Source: Opitutaceae bacterium
GTDB taxonomy: Bacteria; Verrucomicrobiota; Verrucomicrobiia; Opitutales; Coraliomargaritaceae
Assembly (NCBI GenBank): GCA_051252375.1
Contig: JBPOFY010000003.1
Coordinates: forward strand, 384,001-448,000
Direction: 5' to 3'
Length of the DNA stretch: 64,000 nucleotides
Below are positions 27,889 to 41,839 of this stretch, piece by piece. The position numbers were made by a program, and so were the translations under genes. The notes under the pieces were generated by a model. It saw nothing but the letters and a program-made list of their open reading frames with translations. It was not told the DNA's origin and ran no database searches. Every line of letters starts with the position of its first letter. The stretch's first letter is position 1.

Positions 27889-28371
27889 ATCGATGGGTAT
27901 TAGGGAGGGGGAGGCGTTGGGTATACAGTTATTCGAATAAATGCATGATGCACTTGATACAGATAAACATGGGCTTTTCTGGATTATATACAGACGATTG
28001 AAAATAAATACCTGATTCTAGGCATATTCTTGGACATTGAGTGGTTTAACGTTCCTTAAATCGTTGCTTGATAGTTATTTAAGTTTTAATTTGATTGCTT
28101 AAGGAAATCCTTAAGATTTGTAAATATTTTTGGAAATATGCAGGATATGGCTCTGTTTTGGGTGAGATTTGAAGGAAATCTGCCTAAAAAGGCGGTTTTT
28201 AGATGAAAATGGGTCGTTTGTGGGATCTTGCCTACATCGACCCTCCGGGCACTCCCTAGGGTGCCCTTTATAATATATATATTTGAAGGTGGCTTAATTA
28301 TGCGGCTGGGAGGTGTGATGAATGGCACTACCACGAGAGTATATACAGAGATGATATATGTAACTTCATTT

Positions 28372-28475
28372 GGAGGGCAGTGCTCTGTTCTAACCTGAGC
28401 CTGTCGAAGTGTCACCGCCGCGGAAACGCCTAAATGCATCGAACCATCAGCGGTTGCGACGGAGCGCAACCCTCC
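28372..28475. repeat. GGAG-type REP doublet, left arm with a 24-nt insert
   Basis: GGAGGGCAGTGCTCTGT[TCTAACCTGAGCCTGTCGAAGTGT]CACCGCC...GCGGTTGCGACGGAGCGCAACCCTCC. Confidence 0.65.
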
Positions 28476-28695
28476 AGCTTTTCACCAAGTTCCTTCTTAA
28501 GGCTGTGCCATTCGAGGTGCGATTGCAGAACATGAATGGTGCCGATGAAGCACGATTTTCGACCAAATGGTAGTCCGGTCGGAATGTTATTCGCGTGATT
28601 CGCTAATTACGTTGTTAAGAATTAAGTCTGTGCCACGTTTATGATTTTATTACCCCTATCACCGTCTTTTAGTGGGTGTTACATTTTTCGAATTT

Positions 28696-31600
28696 ATGAG
28701 ACAGTATTTACATTCTGCTATTCAGATCTTTGCTTTGCTGGCCTGTTGCACCTGTGTGACAGTAACAGCGGCGTCCACTCGTGAAGTGCTCCAGTTTGAT
28801 GCGGATTGGCAGTTTGCATTGGGGGATCATCCGGATGCGAAGGCATCTGATTTTAATGCTTCCACTTGGCGCACTTTGAATGTGCCGCACGATTGGGCCT
28901 TTGAAGCGGATTACGAAGCGACGGCCGCTCAAGGAGCCAACGGCGGCTACAAGCCGGGCGGGATCGGTTGGTATCATAAGCGCTTCGACTTGCCGTCAGG
29001 TTGGCAGGGTAAGTTGGTGTCGCTGCAGTTTGATGCTGTTTACATGAATAGTGAGGTCTGGATCAACGGGCACTATCTCGGTAAGCGCCCGTATGGCTAT
29101 ATCCCATTTCAGCATGATCTTTCCGAATATTTAGTGTCCGGTAAGAATTCGATAGCCGTTCGAGTCGATAGCCGCTTGGAGCCTTCAGCCCGTTGGTATC
29201 ATGGTTGTGGTATTTATGGTCATGTGAATTTAGTCGCGACGGATGCTGTCCATATCCCGAAGGATGGAATCTATGTCCGCACACCAGGTGCGACGAGTCG
29301 TGCGGCAACGGTGCTAGTGGATACTGAACTAAAAAATGCCTCTCAGCAGAAGCAGCGTTTCATCTTAAGGTCACAGATCTTGAACTCGGATGGCAGGGTT
29401 GTTGCGGAGTCTCGTGAGAATGTGGACTTGGCTGCCGGCGGATCTCGGACTGTTGCGCAGGCGATCTCTTTAAACAGTCCTGAGTTGTGGAGTGTCGATA
29501 GTCCTACGCGCTACACGCTGCTGAGCACGCTGAGCACGGGTGATGAAGTGCTGACACGCTTCGGCGTGCGTGATATTCGCTGGATGACGGATACCGGCTT
29601 TTGGTTGAATGGTGAAAATATTAAATTACTGGGTGTTGCCGATCACCTGGAGGCTGGCCCGGTTGGCGCGGCGATCCCTGACGAGTTGAATCGCTGGAAG
29701 ATACAGTTGCTCAAAGATATGGGCTGCAATGCGATTCGTGTGGCGCACAATCCGCAAGTGCCAGCATTCTACGATCTATGCGATGAGTTAGGTATGCTTG
29801 TGATGGATGAGATCTTCGATGGTTGGTCTCGTAAGGCAAAGGAAGACTACGGCAAGCAGGCGTTTAAAGAATGGTGGGAACGTGACCTGCGCGCATGGCT
29901 GAAGGCGAATCGCAATCACCCGTCGGTGATCATTTGGAGCCTGGGTAATGAGACCGGCGGGCAGATCGCTAAAAGCTTAGTCGAGGTTTGTCATGAGATG
30001 GATCCGACTCGTCCGACAACATCAGGGCATTCCGGTTCGAATCACATGGATGTTTACGGAGTCAATGGCGGTTCCGAGTCACCTGAATTTTTTAAGAAAA
30101 AACGTCCGAGCAAACCATTCGTTTCCACCGAGGCACCACATACTTGGCAGGTGCGTGGATACTATCGCTCGCAGACATGGTATCGCGATGGTCCTAAGAC
30201 GCCCAATAAAGTGTTCCCACTTCCGGACCTGACCGAGGAGGAGATCTTTACATACGATTGGATTGCACCCGATGAGCGTAAGAATCGGAAACAGATTTTT
30301 AATTCATCTTACGACAATGCCACGGTTCGAATCACGGCGCGTAAGAACTGGGAGCTGATGCGCGATCTACCTTGGTATAGTGGTCACTTCCGTTGGACAG
30401 GATTTGATTACGTCGGCGAGGCTGGCTATGTGCATGGCGGTTGGCCGTTTCGTGCATTCATGGGCGGTGCGCTCGACCTAGCTGGTTTCGAAAAGGACCT
30501 CTACTATTTTTATCAGAGTCAGTGGACGACTGAACCGATGGTGCATATTCTGCCGCACTGGACGCATCCGAAAATGAAGCTAGGCACGCTGGTCCCAGTC
30601 TGGGTCTATTCCAACTGCGATGAGGTCGAACTCTTTTTCAATGGACAATCACTGGGCAAGGATCGCCCTGGAACCAAGTGGGATGAAATGCAGTGTGACT
30701 GGATGGTGCCTTGGGCACCGGGGAAGTTGCTCGCAGTGGGCTATAAGAATGGTCGCGAGGTGATGCGTGCGGAGCAGGCCACAGCAGGGGTGCCGGCTCA
30801 GTTGGAGCTGAGTGTAGAGGGCAAGGACTATCCGATCGTTACCGTTCGCCAGGAAGATACGAATGGTGTGCTGAACCCATATGGGGAAAATCGCATCTAC
30901 TACCATGTGGATGGTTCGGCGCGGATACTTTCACTCGAAAGTGGTAACCCGGTGAACATCGAGAACCACTACGGTCAAAATTCGCGCACGGCATTCTTTG
31001 GCTTAGCACGATGCTTCCTAGAAAACACATCCAACCTCGGCGATGTCTCGTTGGTTGCGGGTTCAATTCTAGGGGAGAAGCAGTTGATGACTTCCAACAC
31101 TATCAGTATTGATGTATGCACATTATCGATACGTGGTGCTGCCAATCCAGGTGATGTGAAAATTCTCTACTCCGTTGATGGCAGCAAGCCGACACGTGAA
31201 TATACAGGTGCGTTTGAGGTGATCCCGAATACTACGGTCAAAGCGATCGTTAGTCGCGGTGGGCAAACTCTATTCGAAATGAGCGAGCGCTTTGGTCCAA
31301 ATGAAGGACTTCACTGGGGCAGCTTAGAGGACATGAAGGCGAGCGCAGCAAATGCCGGTGGTGATCAAGCCGAAGACGTCTTGTTTGAAAAAGCAAAGGT
31401 GTCGAAGTCGGGCAAAGGCTATCATGGTAAAGGCTATCTTGATTTTGGTAGCAACAAGGGGGCCTTTGTTGAATGGTATCAGGAAAACGATGGCACCGCG
31501 GGACCTGCCAATCTGAAGATTCGCTATAGTGGTCATGCCAAGAAGCGGACCGGGCGTGAAATGCGACTGACCGTGAATGGTTCAAGCCAGATCATTTTCT

Positions 31601-31737
31601 TCCCCAATACAAAGGATTATGGAACTGATTGGAAGGAGTTGGAACTCAAGATTCAGCTTAAGGCCGGTGCCAATAACATACGATTGACCACCACTGAGAG
31701 TGGCGGCATGTGCATCGATGAGATCACTGTCCGATAG
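28696..31737 (+). CDS. GH2 glycosidase with Ig-like domains and a C-terminal CBM6/CBM35-like module
   Basis: VPHDW, NAIRVAHNP, WSLGNE, WTGFDYVGE, VWVYSNCDEVELF; C-terminal GYHGKGYLDF...LKAGANNIRL. Start ATG 28696. Confidence 0.9.
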   Translation: MRQYLHSAIQIFALLACCTCVTVTAASTREVLQFDADWQFALGDHPDAKASDFNASTWRTLNVPHDWAFEADYEATAAQGANGGYKPGGIGWYHKRFDLPSGWQGKLVSLQFDAVYMNSEVWINGHYLGKRPYGYIPFQHDLSEYLVSGKNSIAVRVDSRLEPSARWYHGCGIYGHVNLVATDAVHIPKDGIYVRTPGATSRAATVLVDTELKNASQQKQRFILRSQILNSDGRVVAESRENVDLAAGGSRTVAQAISLNSPELWSVDSPTRYTLLSTLSTGDEVLTRFGVRDIRWMTDTGFWLNGENIKLLGVADHLEAGPVGAAIPDELNRWKIQLLKDMGCNAIRVAHNPQVPAFYDLCDELGMLVMDEIFDGWSRKAKEDYGKQAFKEWWERDLRAWLKANRNHPSVIIWSLGNETGGQIAKSLVEVCHEMDPTRPTTSGHSGSNHMDVYGVNGGSESPEFFKKKRPSKPFVSTEAPHTWQVRGYYRSQTWYRDGPKTPNKVFPLPDLTEEEIFTYDWIAPDERKNRKQIFNSSYDNATVRITARKNWELMRDLPWYSGHFRWTGFDYVGEAGYVHGGWPFRAFMGGALDLAGFEKDLYYFYQSQWTTEPMVHILPHWTHPKMKLGTLVPVWVYSNCDEVELFFNGQSLGKDRPGTKWDEMQCDWMVPWAPGKLLAVGYKNGREVMRAEQATAGVPAQLELSVEGKDYPIVTVRQEDTNGVLNPYGENRIYYHVDGSARILSLESGNPVNIENHYGQNSRTAFFGLARCFLENTSNLGDVSLVAGSILGEKQLMTSNTISIDVCTLSIRGAANPGDVKILYSVDGSKPTREYTGAFEVIPNTTVKAIVSRGGQTLFEMSERFGPNEGLHWGSLEDMKASAANAGGDQAEDVLFEKAKVSKSGKGYHGKGYLDFGSNKGAFVEWYQENDGTAGPANLKIRYSGHAKKRTGREMRLTVNGSSQIIFFPNTKDYGTDWKELELKIQLKAGANNIRLTTTESGGMCIDEITVR

Positions 31738-31741
31738 GCAT

Positions 31742-33310
31742 ATGAGAACTATGCAAAGTAAACGGATTATTTTCTTGCTGACGCTTTTGTGTGGGCTATC
31801 AGCTGCCGTCGCCGCGCCAAGGAATTTCCTGTTCATCTTGGTCGATGACTTAGGGGTGAAGGATCTAGGCGTGGAGGGGAGTGCGTTCTACGAAACACCA
31901 AACATCGACTCATTGGCGCGTTCTGGAATGCGCTTCACAAACGGCTACGCAGCCTGTCAGGTTTGTAGCCCATCGCGTGCGAGTATCATGTTGGGCACGA
32001 CACCGGCTCGGCACGGTGTGACTCAATGGATCGGAGACAAGTCAGGCATGGCGTATAACAAAGGTGACCCTGTGATGCCCGCAGAGTACACGCGTAATTT
32101 GCCAAAAGAAGACACCACCATCGCCGAGGCAATGAAGGCGGGTGGCTATACCACATTTTTCGCCGGGAAGTGGCATTTAGGCGACGAGGGATCTTGGCCT
32201 GAAGATCATGGTTTTGAGATCAATAAGGGTGGCTGGTCGAAGGGGTCGCCGAATGGCGGATATTTTGCCCCTTGGAAGAATCCTCGATTGGAGAATGGTC
32301 CTGATGGCGAATCGCTCACGATGCGTTTGGCGCAGGAGACCGCCTCTTTCATTGAAGCGAATAACGGGCGGCCGTTTTTTGCTTTTCTGTCTTTTTATGG
32401 GGTGCACGGACCGCTGCAAACCACCGAAGCCTTAGCGACTAAATATAAGGCCAAGGCGGCACGCATGGGATTGTCTGGATCGGCTGAGCGTTTTAAATTC
32501 GATCGTCGTTTGCCAGTGCGCCAAGTGCAGGACAACCCAGTGTATGCTGGCATGATGGAAACCTTGGATGATGCCGTTGGTTTGGTTTTGGAGAAGCTCC
32601 GAGCTACTGGGCTCGATAAAAATACGGTCGTGATTTTTACTTCTGACAATGGCGGTGTTTCTTCAGGCGATGGGTATGCAACCAGTCTGCTGCCTTTGCG
32701 TGGAGGGAAAGGACGCCAATGGGAGGGCGGTATTCGCGAGCCCTATTATATCTTAGTTCCTGGTATGACTGCTCCTGAGTCGATCACTGCCGAGCTCGCG
32801 ATTGGAATGGATTTTTATCCTACTATTTTGGAACTTGCTGGTCTGCCCCTCATGCCTGAACAACATGTCGATGGCGTCAGTCTGTTGCCAGTGCTGGAAG
32901 GGGGCACTCTAGTTTCGCGCGACCTTTATTGGCACTACCCACACTACGGCAACCAAGGTGGGGAGCCGTCGTCGATCATTCGCCAAGATGATTGGAAATT
33001 GATTTTCTACCATGAAGATCGGCGCAGCGAATTGTATAACTTGAAAGACGACCTAGGTGAGCAGCGAGATGTTGTGAAACAGTATCCGGAACTTGTCGGG
33101 CAAATGAAGGCGAAATTAGACGCCTGGTTGAGTGAGACCGGCGCCATCATGCCGAAGCCTGACCCGCGATTCTCGCAGGATCGCTTTGACCAGAAACTCA
33201 AAAAAGCGAAGACGCAGCAATTGAAGAAACTCGAACAAAACCATGAGCGATTTTTAGCTCCCGACTGGAAGCCAAATAAGGACTGGTGGGGAAGCTCTCT
33301 TAAAAAGTAA
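31742..33310 (+). CDS. Secreted Cys-type sulfatase
   Basis: VDDLG, CSPSR, GKWHLG, SDNGG, EGGIR, WHYPHY. Start 31742 or 31751. Confidence 0.93.
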   Translation: MRTMQSKRIIFLLTLLCGLSAAVAAPRNFLFILVDDLGVKDLGVEGSAFYETPNIDSLARSGMRFTNGYAACQVCSPSRASIMLGTTPARHGVTQWIGDKSGMAYNKGDPVMPAEYTRNLPKEDTTIAEAMKAGGYTTFFAGKWHLGDEGSWPEDHGFEINKGGWSKGSPNGGYFAPWKNPRLENGPDGESLTMRLAQETASFIEANNGRPFFAFLSFYGVHGPLQTTEALATKYKAKAARMGLSGSAERFKFDRRLPVRQVQDNPVYAGMMETLDDAVGLVLEKLRATGLDKNTVVIFTSDNGGVSSGDGYATSLLPLRGGKGRQWEGGIREPYYILVPGMTAPESITAELAIGMDFYPTILELAGLPLMPEQHVDGVSLLPVLEGGTLVSRDLYWHYPHYGNQGGEPSSIIRQDDWKLIFYHEDRRSELYNLKDDLGEQRDVVKQYPELVGQMKAKLDAWLSETGAIMPKPDPRFSQDRFDQKLKKAKTQQLKKLEQNHERFLAPDWKPNKDWWGSSLKK

Positions 33311-36406
<3,096 letters not shown>

Positions 36407-36414
36407 TTCGTTTT

Positions 36415-38028
36415 ATGAAGCAGCTCAGTTGTCGTTCTCTCGTTCGATTCACATTTTTTGTCAGTCTACTCGCCTGTGCCACTCAAGCGCAGGCGAGTAG
36501 CGATGCACTGAAGACACGCCCAAATATTATCGTCTATATGGTCGATGATTTAGGCTGGAATCATATTGGTGTAAAGTCAGGGACCTTGGGGACGGCGAAT
36601 GAGATGTATCAGACGCCGAACTTGGAGCGGCTTGCCGCGCAGGGCTTGAGTTTTACGCATGCTTACTCGCAGCCGAATTGCGCGCCGACTCGTGCAGCGA
36701 TGTTGACTGGTCAATATCCGGCACGGGTGAACAACGACGTTTATGTCGTGAGCCACCTTAATCGATTTGGGAAGGGTGGCATTACTAAAGAAAAAGCACG
36801 TTTCTATGGTCCGCAGCAGTCTGAAGATGTGGCTGTGCCCGCTATCACAGTTGCGGAGGCATTGCAGAAAAACGGTTATGCTACCGCTCACATCGGCAAG
36901 TATCATGCTGGTGGACATGAGGGAGGTGAGAGCACCATGCCTGAAAACACTGGCTTCGATTTAAATATCGGTGGCAGCAAACAAGGGCATCAACCGACAT
37001 GTTTTGGTAGCAAAAATAAACAAGGTCAGTGGCAGTTCAAAGGTCTCGGACTTGGGCACTTTGATCGCTATGCCGCACCTTACGATGCCGCGTATCTTAA
37101 ACAGCATGGTTTGCCGAAATCATTGCTCGGCACAAAGAAGCACATAAGCGATGCACTGGGTGATGCGATGGAAGCGACCGTCAAGCAACTGGCTGCGGGC
37201 GAGAGCCCTTTCTACCTTCAGTTCCATACCTATGCCGTCCATGGACCAGTCAGGGCACGACCCGACTTGAAGGCTGAGGCTTTGACTCGTGTGACTGGAG
37301 AGAATAAAAGTCAGATGGCTGACTATGTAGGCTTTATTGCCAGTGTGGATGCCAACTTAGGACGCATCTTTGACGTATTGGAAGACCCTGATGGTGATGG
37401 TGATACCATGGATAGTATTGTTGAGCAGACGATGATTCTCTTTACGTCCGATAACGGTGGCACGCATACCGATAATCTACCTTTGCGCGGCGAGAAAGGT
37501 ATGTTCACCGAAGGTGGCATTCGTGTGCCGCTCATCGTTTCTTGGCCGGGGGTGATTCCTCCTGATACGACTACGGATCGTATGATCCATACGGTGGATT
37601 ATTATCCGACTTATTTAGAGCTAGCGGGCAATCGTTGGCTGCCACCTACCGACATCCATCCGCTCGATGGTCTAACTTTTGCAGATGTGCTGCGTCAGCC
37701 TTCAGGCGCCTTAGAGCGTGAGCCAATCTTTTATTTATTTCCTGGCTATATGGATGTCCGGGCTGAGCCATGCGCGGTTGTCATCGATAACCTCCAAGGT
37801 AAACGGTATAAGCTCTATTATATTTACGAGTCCAATTCGTGGGAGCTTTATTGCTTAACGGATGACCCCGGTGAGCAGACGAATTGCTTGAAGCAAAACT
37901 TGGAAATTGCCGAGACGCTCTCCAAGAAGATCGATGATTGGTTGGGTCAGTCGCATCCTACATGGCAACCGAAGTATCCGCTTGTTAAGAAGACGGGTAA
38001 GCCAGCGGGACCTCCGCCAGTGCTTTAG
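36415..38028 (+). CDS. Secreted Cys-type sulfatase
   Basis: PNII, DDLGW, CAPTR, GKYH, SDNGG, EGGIRVP. Confidence 0.92.
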   Translation: MKQLSCRSLVRFTFFVSLLACATQAQASSDALKTRPNIIVYMVDDLGWNHIGVKSGTLGTANEMYQTPNLERLAAQGLSFTHAYSQPNCAPTRAAMLTGQYPARVNNDVYVVSHLNRFGKGGITKEKARFYGPQQSEDVAVPAITVAEALQKNGYATAHIGKYHAGGHEGGESTMPENTGFDLNIGGSKQGHQPTCFGSKNKQGQWQFKGLGLGHFDRYAAPYDAAYLKQHGLPKSLLGTKKHISDALGDAMEATVKQLAAGESPFYLQFHTYAVHGPVRARPDLKAEALTRVTGENKSQMADYVGFIASVDANLGRIFDVLEDPDGDGDTMDSIVEQTMILFTSDNGGTHTDNLPLRGEKGMFTEGGIRVPLIVSWPGVIPPDTTTDRMIHTVDYYPTYLELAGNRWLPPTDIHPLDGLTFADVLRQPSGALEREPIFYLFPGYMDVRAEPCAVVIDNLQGKRYKLYYIYESNSWELYCLTDDPGEQTNCLKQNLEIAETLSKKIDDWLGQSHPTWQPKYPLVKKTGKPAGPPPVL

Positions 38029-38063
38029 GGGATTAGCGCGAAAGCGTTGATCGTTTCTGTGAC

Positions 38064-38219
38064 GTAGCCACGTCACTCTCCCGACCTGAGCTTGTCGAAG
38101 GTGTGACGTGATTTTGTTTACGGTGTCATTGTTTTGTCGTAGCTGATGACTTATGCCTGAATGACGGCACGGCAGAGACTGCCGTGGCTACATTTTTCCA
38201 TACGGACTGCCGTGGCTAC
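38064..38219. repeat. GTAG REP doublet with a 23-nt insert in the left arm, plus a partial extra arm
   Basis: GTAGCC-ACGTCAC-TCT-[CCCGACCTGAGCTTGTCGAAGGT]-GTGACGT; inverted arm CACGGCAGAGACTGCCGTGGCTAC (38168-38191); partial copy at 38205-38219. Confidence 0.8.
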
Positions 38220-38223
38220 ACAA

Positions 38224-40194
38224 CTAGCCGACCGGTTGATTGAAATACAGGTCGATGATGTCTTGCAGGGCGGCTTCTGCGGCCTTGCCGTGTGTCTCGT
38301 CGTATATGGGCAACCAAACTTGATACCAGCCGTCGCCGTAGAGTGGGTTCTGCGGTTTCAAACCTTTTGGATGAATGAGTTTTGTGTGTGCACGAAAATC
38401 AGCATTATTCATCGGGATGATGGTTTTGTAATGCATCAGTCGTTCATAAATTTCACGTGAAGGCTTGAGCCCCGCCTTTCGTATTTCGCTGGCGAGTTGT
38501 TTCGGTTCTTCCGGTTGGATGCCCCAGAAGTGAATCAAGGGAGTGAGGTCGACGCCCGCAGCTTTTGACATGCGCAAAATACGGCTGTCTATTGGGTCGG
38601 CATTTTTTTCGTAAATGATGCCCTGCATGTAATCTTCATTAACCGAATTCCAGAACCTGGAAAGGGCTTCCCAACCAAATAGGTGAGCAATTTCGACGTA
38701 TTTTGCGTATCCGCGGTGCTGATACTTCACTTCGTCGCCGGGGCGGTTGGAGATGTTCATCGGCTTGCCCTTGCGGAAATTTTCCGTGACCATCCACATG
38801 ATTGCGCCTTGATCTAATGAGATTCTCGATCTGCCGCCGACCGATCGACCGAATGCAGTGTCTAGATCGACGCCGAATTTTTGATTCATAACTGCGACGT
38901 AAGGCAAATTGACCAGTGCTTCGGTTTCTCCACGAAATTTGCTGCAGCCCATGGCGTGACCGACTTCATGTAAGACAGTCCAATCGCTATACTGCGGTCC
39001 TTTGATCATCCAATGCTGTGCCATTCCTTTCTCATCCTTGAGTGGATTATAAGCGTAATTGGATTGTGGATATCCGGGGAAATTTGCTCTGCCACGCATA
39101 GTCACATCCACTTGCAGATAGAGCAGGCTTTTTGAGGTATCCGGTTTGCGACCAAATAGTTCAAGCACTGCATCCATGGCTTTGTCCCAATCACTCATCA
39201 GGGTGGTGGGGTCATCGAAGGCGTAGATCCAGTTGGTCGGCACCTGCATCATGAATTTATCGGATTCAAAATCTGCCCATGGTCCTGGATGTTTACGTTC
39301 GGTGTTTTGCCACTCTGCAAGTGTGGTTTTGGCTGTGGATTTCGCTGAGAAATAGGGTGAACGTAAGGCGTTTTTGATGAGGACTTTTGCCATACCAGCA
39401 TCTGCGCCGTAGGGCACATCAATATAGATGCCACCACCAAGAGGATTCGCGATCCAAGTGTCTTTTTCAGTGATCGGGTAAACGATGGAGATGCGATCGA
39501 GACGTTTGATTTGTGGCTTTTTAACCAAGTCCCATGAATGCGCACCGACGCGTATATTGTAACCCTTGCCGACTAGAGCATTCGGCACACGAACAACAGC
39601 TACACTGCCTGGAGCTAGATAGCATCCGGTAGGTCGGCGCGCGGCTACACCATTACCGAGGGTGGGCACGCCCCATTCAACTGCCTGTGAGGCATCGATT
39701 TCCAATTCGTGAATGATCGACGGACTTTCGGGTGGAGCCACTGCTCCAGGGAAGTAAGCCGCGGTCTCGAACTTTACGTCGTTATAGAAATCGGGTGACT
39801 GGCTAAGATTTTCCGCAGTGAAGCTGTGGTCGATTAGACCTTGTTGAATCGAGAAGATTGCCCGCTCTAGTTCCAAGCCACCGGAAGGCTTTCGAGGTAA
39901 GCCGTTCTTTGTTTTTTTATTTAGAAACAAAGGACCCTGTTTGGCTTCGTAGAGGCGTGATAGGCGGATGCTCTCTTCAATACACTTCTGATTATCTTTG
40001 AGGAGTGAGAGGTCTTTTTGAATACTCGCTGCTTCGGTATTGATCTGCTGCGCGCTCAGTGTCGATAGACCCGATATGTGTTGCGCGAGTCGTTCAACGG
40101 AAGTAGTGAATTCATTCTCACCAGCATAAATGCTCGAGAGCGTCAGCAGGGCAATTGTCAGTGAGATGAAGGGCAGTTTTCTAATTTTGGGCAT
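38224..40194 (-). CDS. M60-like (enhancin family) zinc metallopeptidase
   Basis: PTGCYLAPG, NPLGGGIY, PGPWAD, LHEVGH HExxH with downstream GETE; signal peptide. Start 40194 or 40224. Confidence 0.82.
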   Translation of the reverse strand: MPKIRKLPFISLTIALLTLSSIYAGENEFTTSVERLAQHISGLSTLSAQQINTEAASIQKDLSLLKDNQKCIEESIRLSRLYEAKQGPLFLNKKTKNGLPRKPSGGLELERAIFSIQQGLIDHSFTAENLSQSPDFYNDVKFETAAYFPGAVAPPESPSIIHELEIDASQAVEWGVPTLGNGVAARRPTGCYLAPGSVAVVRVPNALVGKGYNIRVGAHSWDLVKKPQIKRLDRISIVYPITEKDTWIANPLGGGIYIDVPYGADAGMAKVLIKNALRSPYFSAKSTAKTTLAEWQNTERKHPGPWADFESDKFMMQVPTNWIYAFDDPTTLMSDWDKAMDAVLELFGRKPDTSKSLLYLQVDVTMRGRANFPGYPQSNYAYNPLKDEKGMAQHWMIKGPQYSDWTVLHEVGHAMGCSKFRGETEALVNLPYVAVMNQKFGVDLDTAFGRSVGGRSRISLDQGAIMWMVTENFRKGKPMNISNRPGDEVKYQHRGYAKYVEIAHLFGWEALSRFWNSVNEDYMQGIIYEKNADPIDSRILRMSKAAGVDLTPLIHFWGIQPEEPKQLASEIRKAGLKPSREIYERLMHYKTIIPMNNADFRAHTKLIHPKGLKPQNPLYGDGWYQVWLPIYDETHGKAAEAALQDIIDLYFNQPVG

Positions 40195-40243
40195 GGCGGT
40201 TTGTGTAACAAAATATTGTGACACATCCTAAGGTGGAATAGAA

Positions 40244-41386
40244 TTAGTCCTTCGTTAAATCGAATTCGATAGGATATTCATCGGCATCGACTTTATCGAC
40301 CATTTGGGTGGACTTCCCAGTGCCCGCCGGAATATCTATAGTATCTTTGCCATACTGTTTAATGTATTGCGCTTCTGTTAGGAAATTGGCGGTGCCACCT
40401 GTTAGTTTAGCCATTTGGGAGAGGTGTCCGCTATTGGAGATGCCTAAACCGACCGTATGAATAATCGGCACTGGTTTACCTGCAGATTTGAGCTGTTGGA
40501 CCATCTTTTTTAGTGGTTCTATACCGCGATTATTCGGGCAGGCACCATCTGTCATGAAGAAAATCGTTTCCGGAATGGGATCCATTGTCATGGCCATGTA
40601 GAGCGGCACATCGTAAACCGTGCCTCCAACCAGTTGGGTGTCTTTGGCAATGCGCTTATAGCGATTGCGGGTGCTGCCATTGGCGGTTTCGTAGTCAATC
40701 TTAGGTAGGCGATCCCATTTCTTTGGGCGGAATGAGGAATACGAACTGGCAGGTGGCTTTGTGATCACCCAGTTGCTAATGCCACGATCAAAGTCTTTGT
40801 CTGCTGGCCATGCAGGACCAGCAAAGAAGATCACACCAAATTGCAAGCCATCGGGGAGTTCTTCCATGACGCGCATGGTTTCACGGCGAAGGACTTGTTC
40901 TTTCCCGCCTTTCATTGAAGCGGAATAGTCGACGATGAAGACAACATGACCGCCGCCGCCTTTGGCGCCGAAAAATTCGATGTCGATGTCGAGCTCTATG
41001 CCGGAGCCGGAGCCAAAGCCGTCACCAAATCCTTTGCCCACACCGTCGCCGGTGCCCACACCGCGGATCTTTTGATCGCTACGTGGTGTGGAGACATTGA
41101 GGTCAATATTTTCGAGGCTTAGATCGGAGGGAATATTTGCAACGATCGGAATAGGCAGTGGAGCAGAGGAAGACTTCTGCGACTTCTCCATTTTGATTTT
41201 ATACTCCTTCTTGCGTGGCTCGATGCCTTGCGGGATAGGGGGCGCTTCAAGTTCCGGCTCGGGCGGCGTTAAACTCTCAAAAAGGACATATCCACCATAG
41301 AAAATACCAATGAATAGGTGGATCAGTATACTGATGAAGATGACGGACAGGAGCCGTGTTCTGGTGAAAATTTTGGGGAGTTTCAT
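40244..41386 (-). CDS. Membrane-anchored vWA-domain protein with TonB-like architecture
   Basis: N-terminal TM with SILIH (SxxxH), Pro-rich then Gly-rich linker, MIDAS DYSASM, GGT, FMTDG, IHTVG. Confidence 0.82.
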   Translation of the reverse strand: MKLPKIFTRTRLLSVIFISILIHLFIGIFYGGYVLFESLTPPEPELEAPPIPQGIEPRKKEYKIKMEKSQKSSSAPLPIPIVANIPSDLSLENIDLNVSTPRSDQKIRGVGTGDGVGKGFGDGFGSGSGIELDIDIEFFGAKGGGGHVVFIVDYSASMKGGKEQVLRRETMRVMEELPDGLQFGVIFFAGPAWPADKDFDRGISNWVITKPPASSYSSFRPKKWDRLPKIDYETANGSTRNRYKRIAKDTQLVGGTVYDVPLYMAMTMDPIPETIFFMTDGACPNNRGIEPLKKMVQQLKSAGKPVPIIHTVGLGISNSGHLSQMAKLTGGTANFLTEAQYIKQYGKDTIDIPAGTGKSTQMVDKVDADEYPIEFDLTKD

Positions 41387-41395
41387 AGCAGGGAG

Positions 41396-41833
41396 TTATT
41401 CAGCTGCAGCAAAGGTAACCGAGGTGACTTTCGATGCCACACAGGCATTGAGCACGTTGATGATCGACTGTTGGTCTGTGTTCTCATCGGGGTTGATTAA
41501 GATCAATGTTTGGAAACCAGCACGCTCGGAGGATTCTCTAATTTGCAGCAAAATGCCTTCGAGTTCAGGGAGTTCGTTGCCAACTGGCTCGCCGGCTGGC
41601 GCGCCGTTGAGTAGAATGCTGCCATCAGGGAGGATGTCGACGAGGTGCTCTTCCGGGAGTGGGGCATCTGCTGCTGCTGGCACATTAGTGGGCAGCTTAA
41701 AGCTGATGTCGGACTCTTGCTTCACGATCGTTGTGGTGACCATGAAGAAAATGAGCAGCAGGAAGACGACGTCGATCATCGAGGTGAGATCGACTTTGTC
41801 GGAAGATTTTAAGTAGGCGTCTGTGGCTTTCAT
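41396..41833 (-). CDS. ExbD/TolR family protein
   Basis: [20 protein letters not shown] with the conserved TM Asp. Confidence 0.92.
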   Translation of the reverse strand: MKATDAYLKSSDKVDLTSMIDVVFLLLIFFMVTTTIVKQESDISFKLPTNVPAAADAPLPEEHLVDILPDGSILLNGAPAGEPVGNELPELEGILLQIRESSERAGFQTLILINPDENTDQQSIINVLNACVASKVTSVTFAAAE

Positions 41834-41839
41834 GGGTGG

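Noticed and set aside
28086..28469. 127-aa minus-strand ORF
   Set aside because: It starts inside a REP doublet and crosses AT-rich promoter-like DNA; probably spurious.
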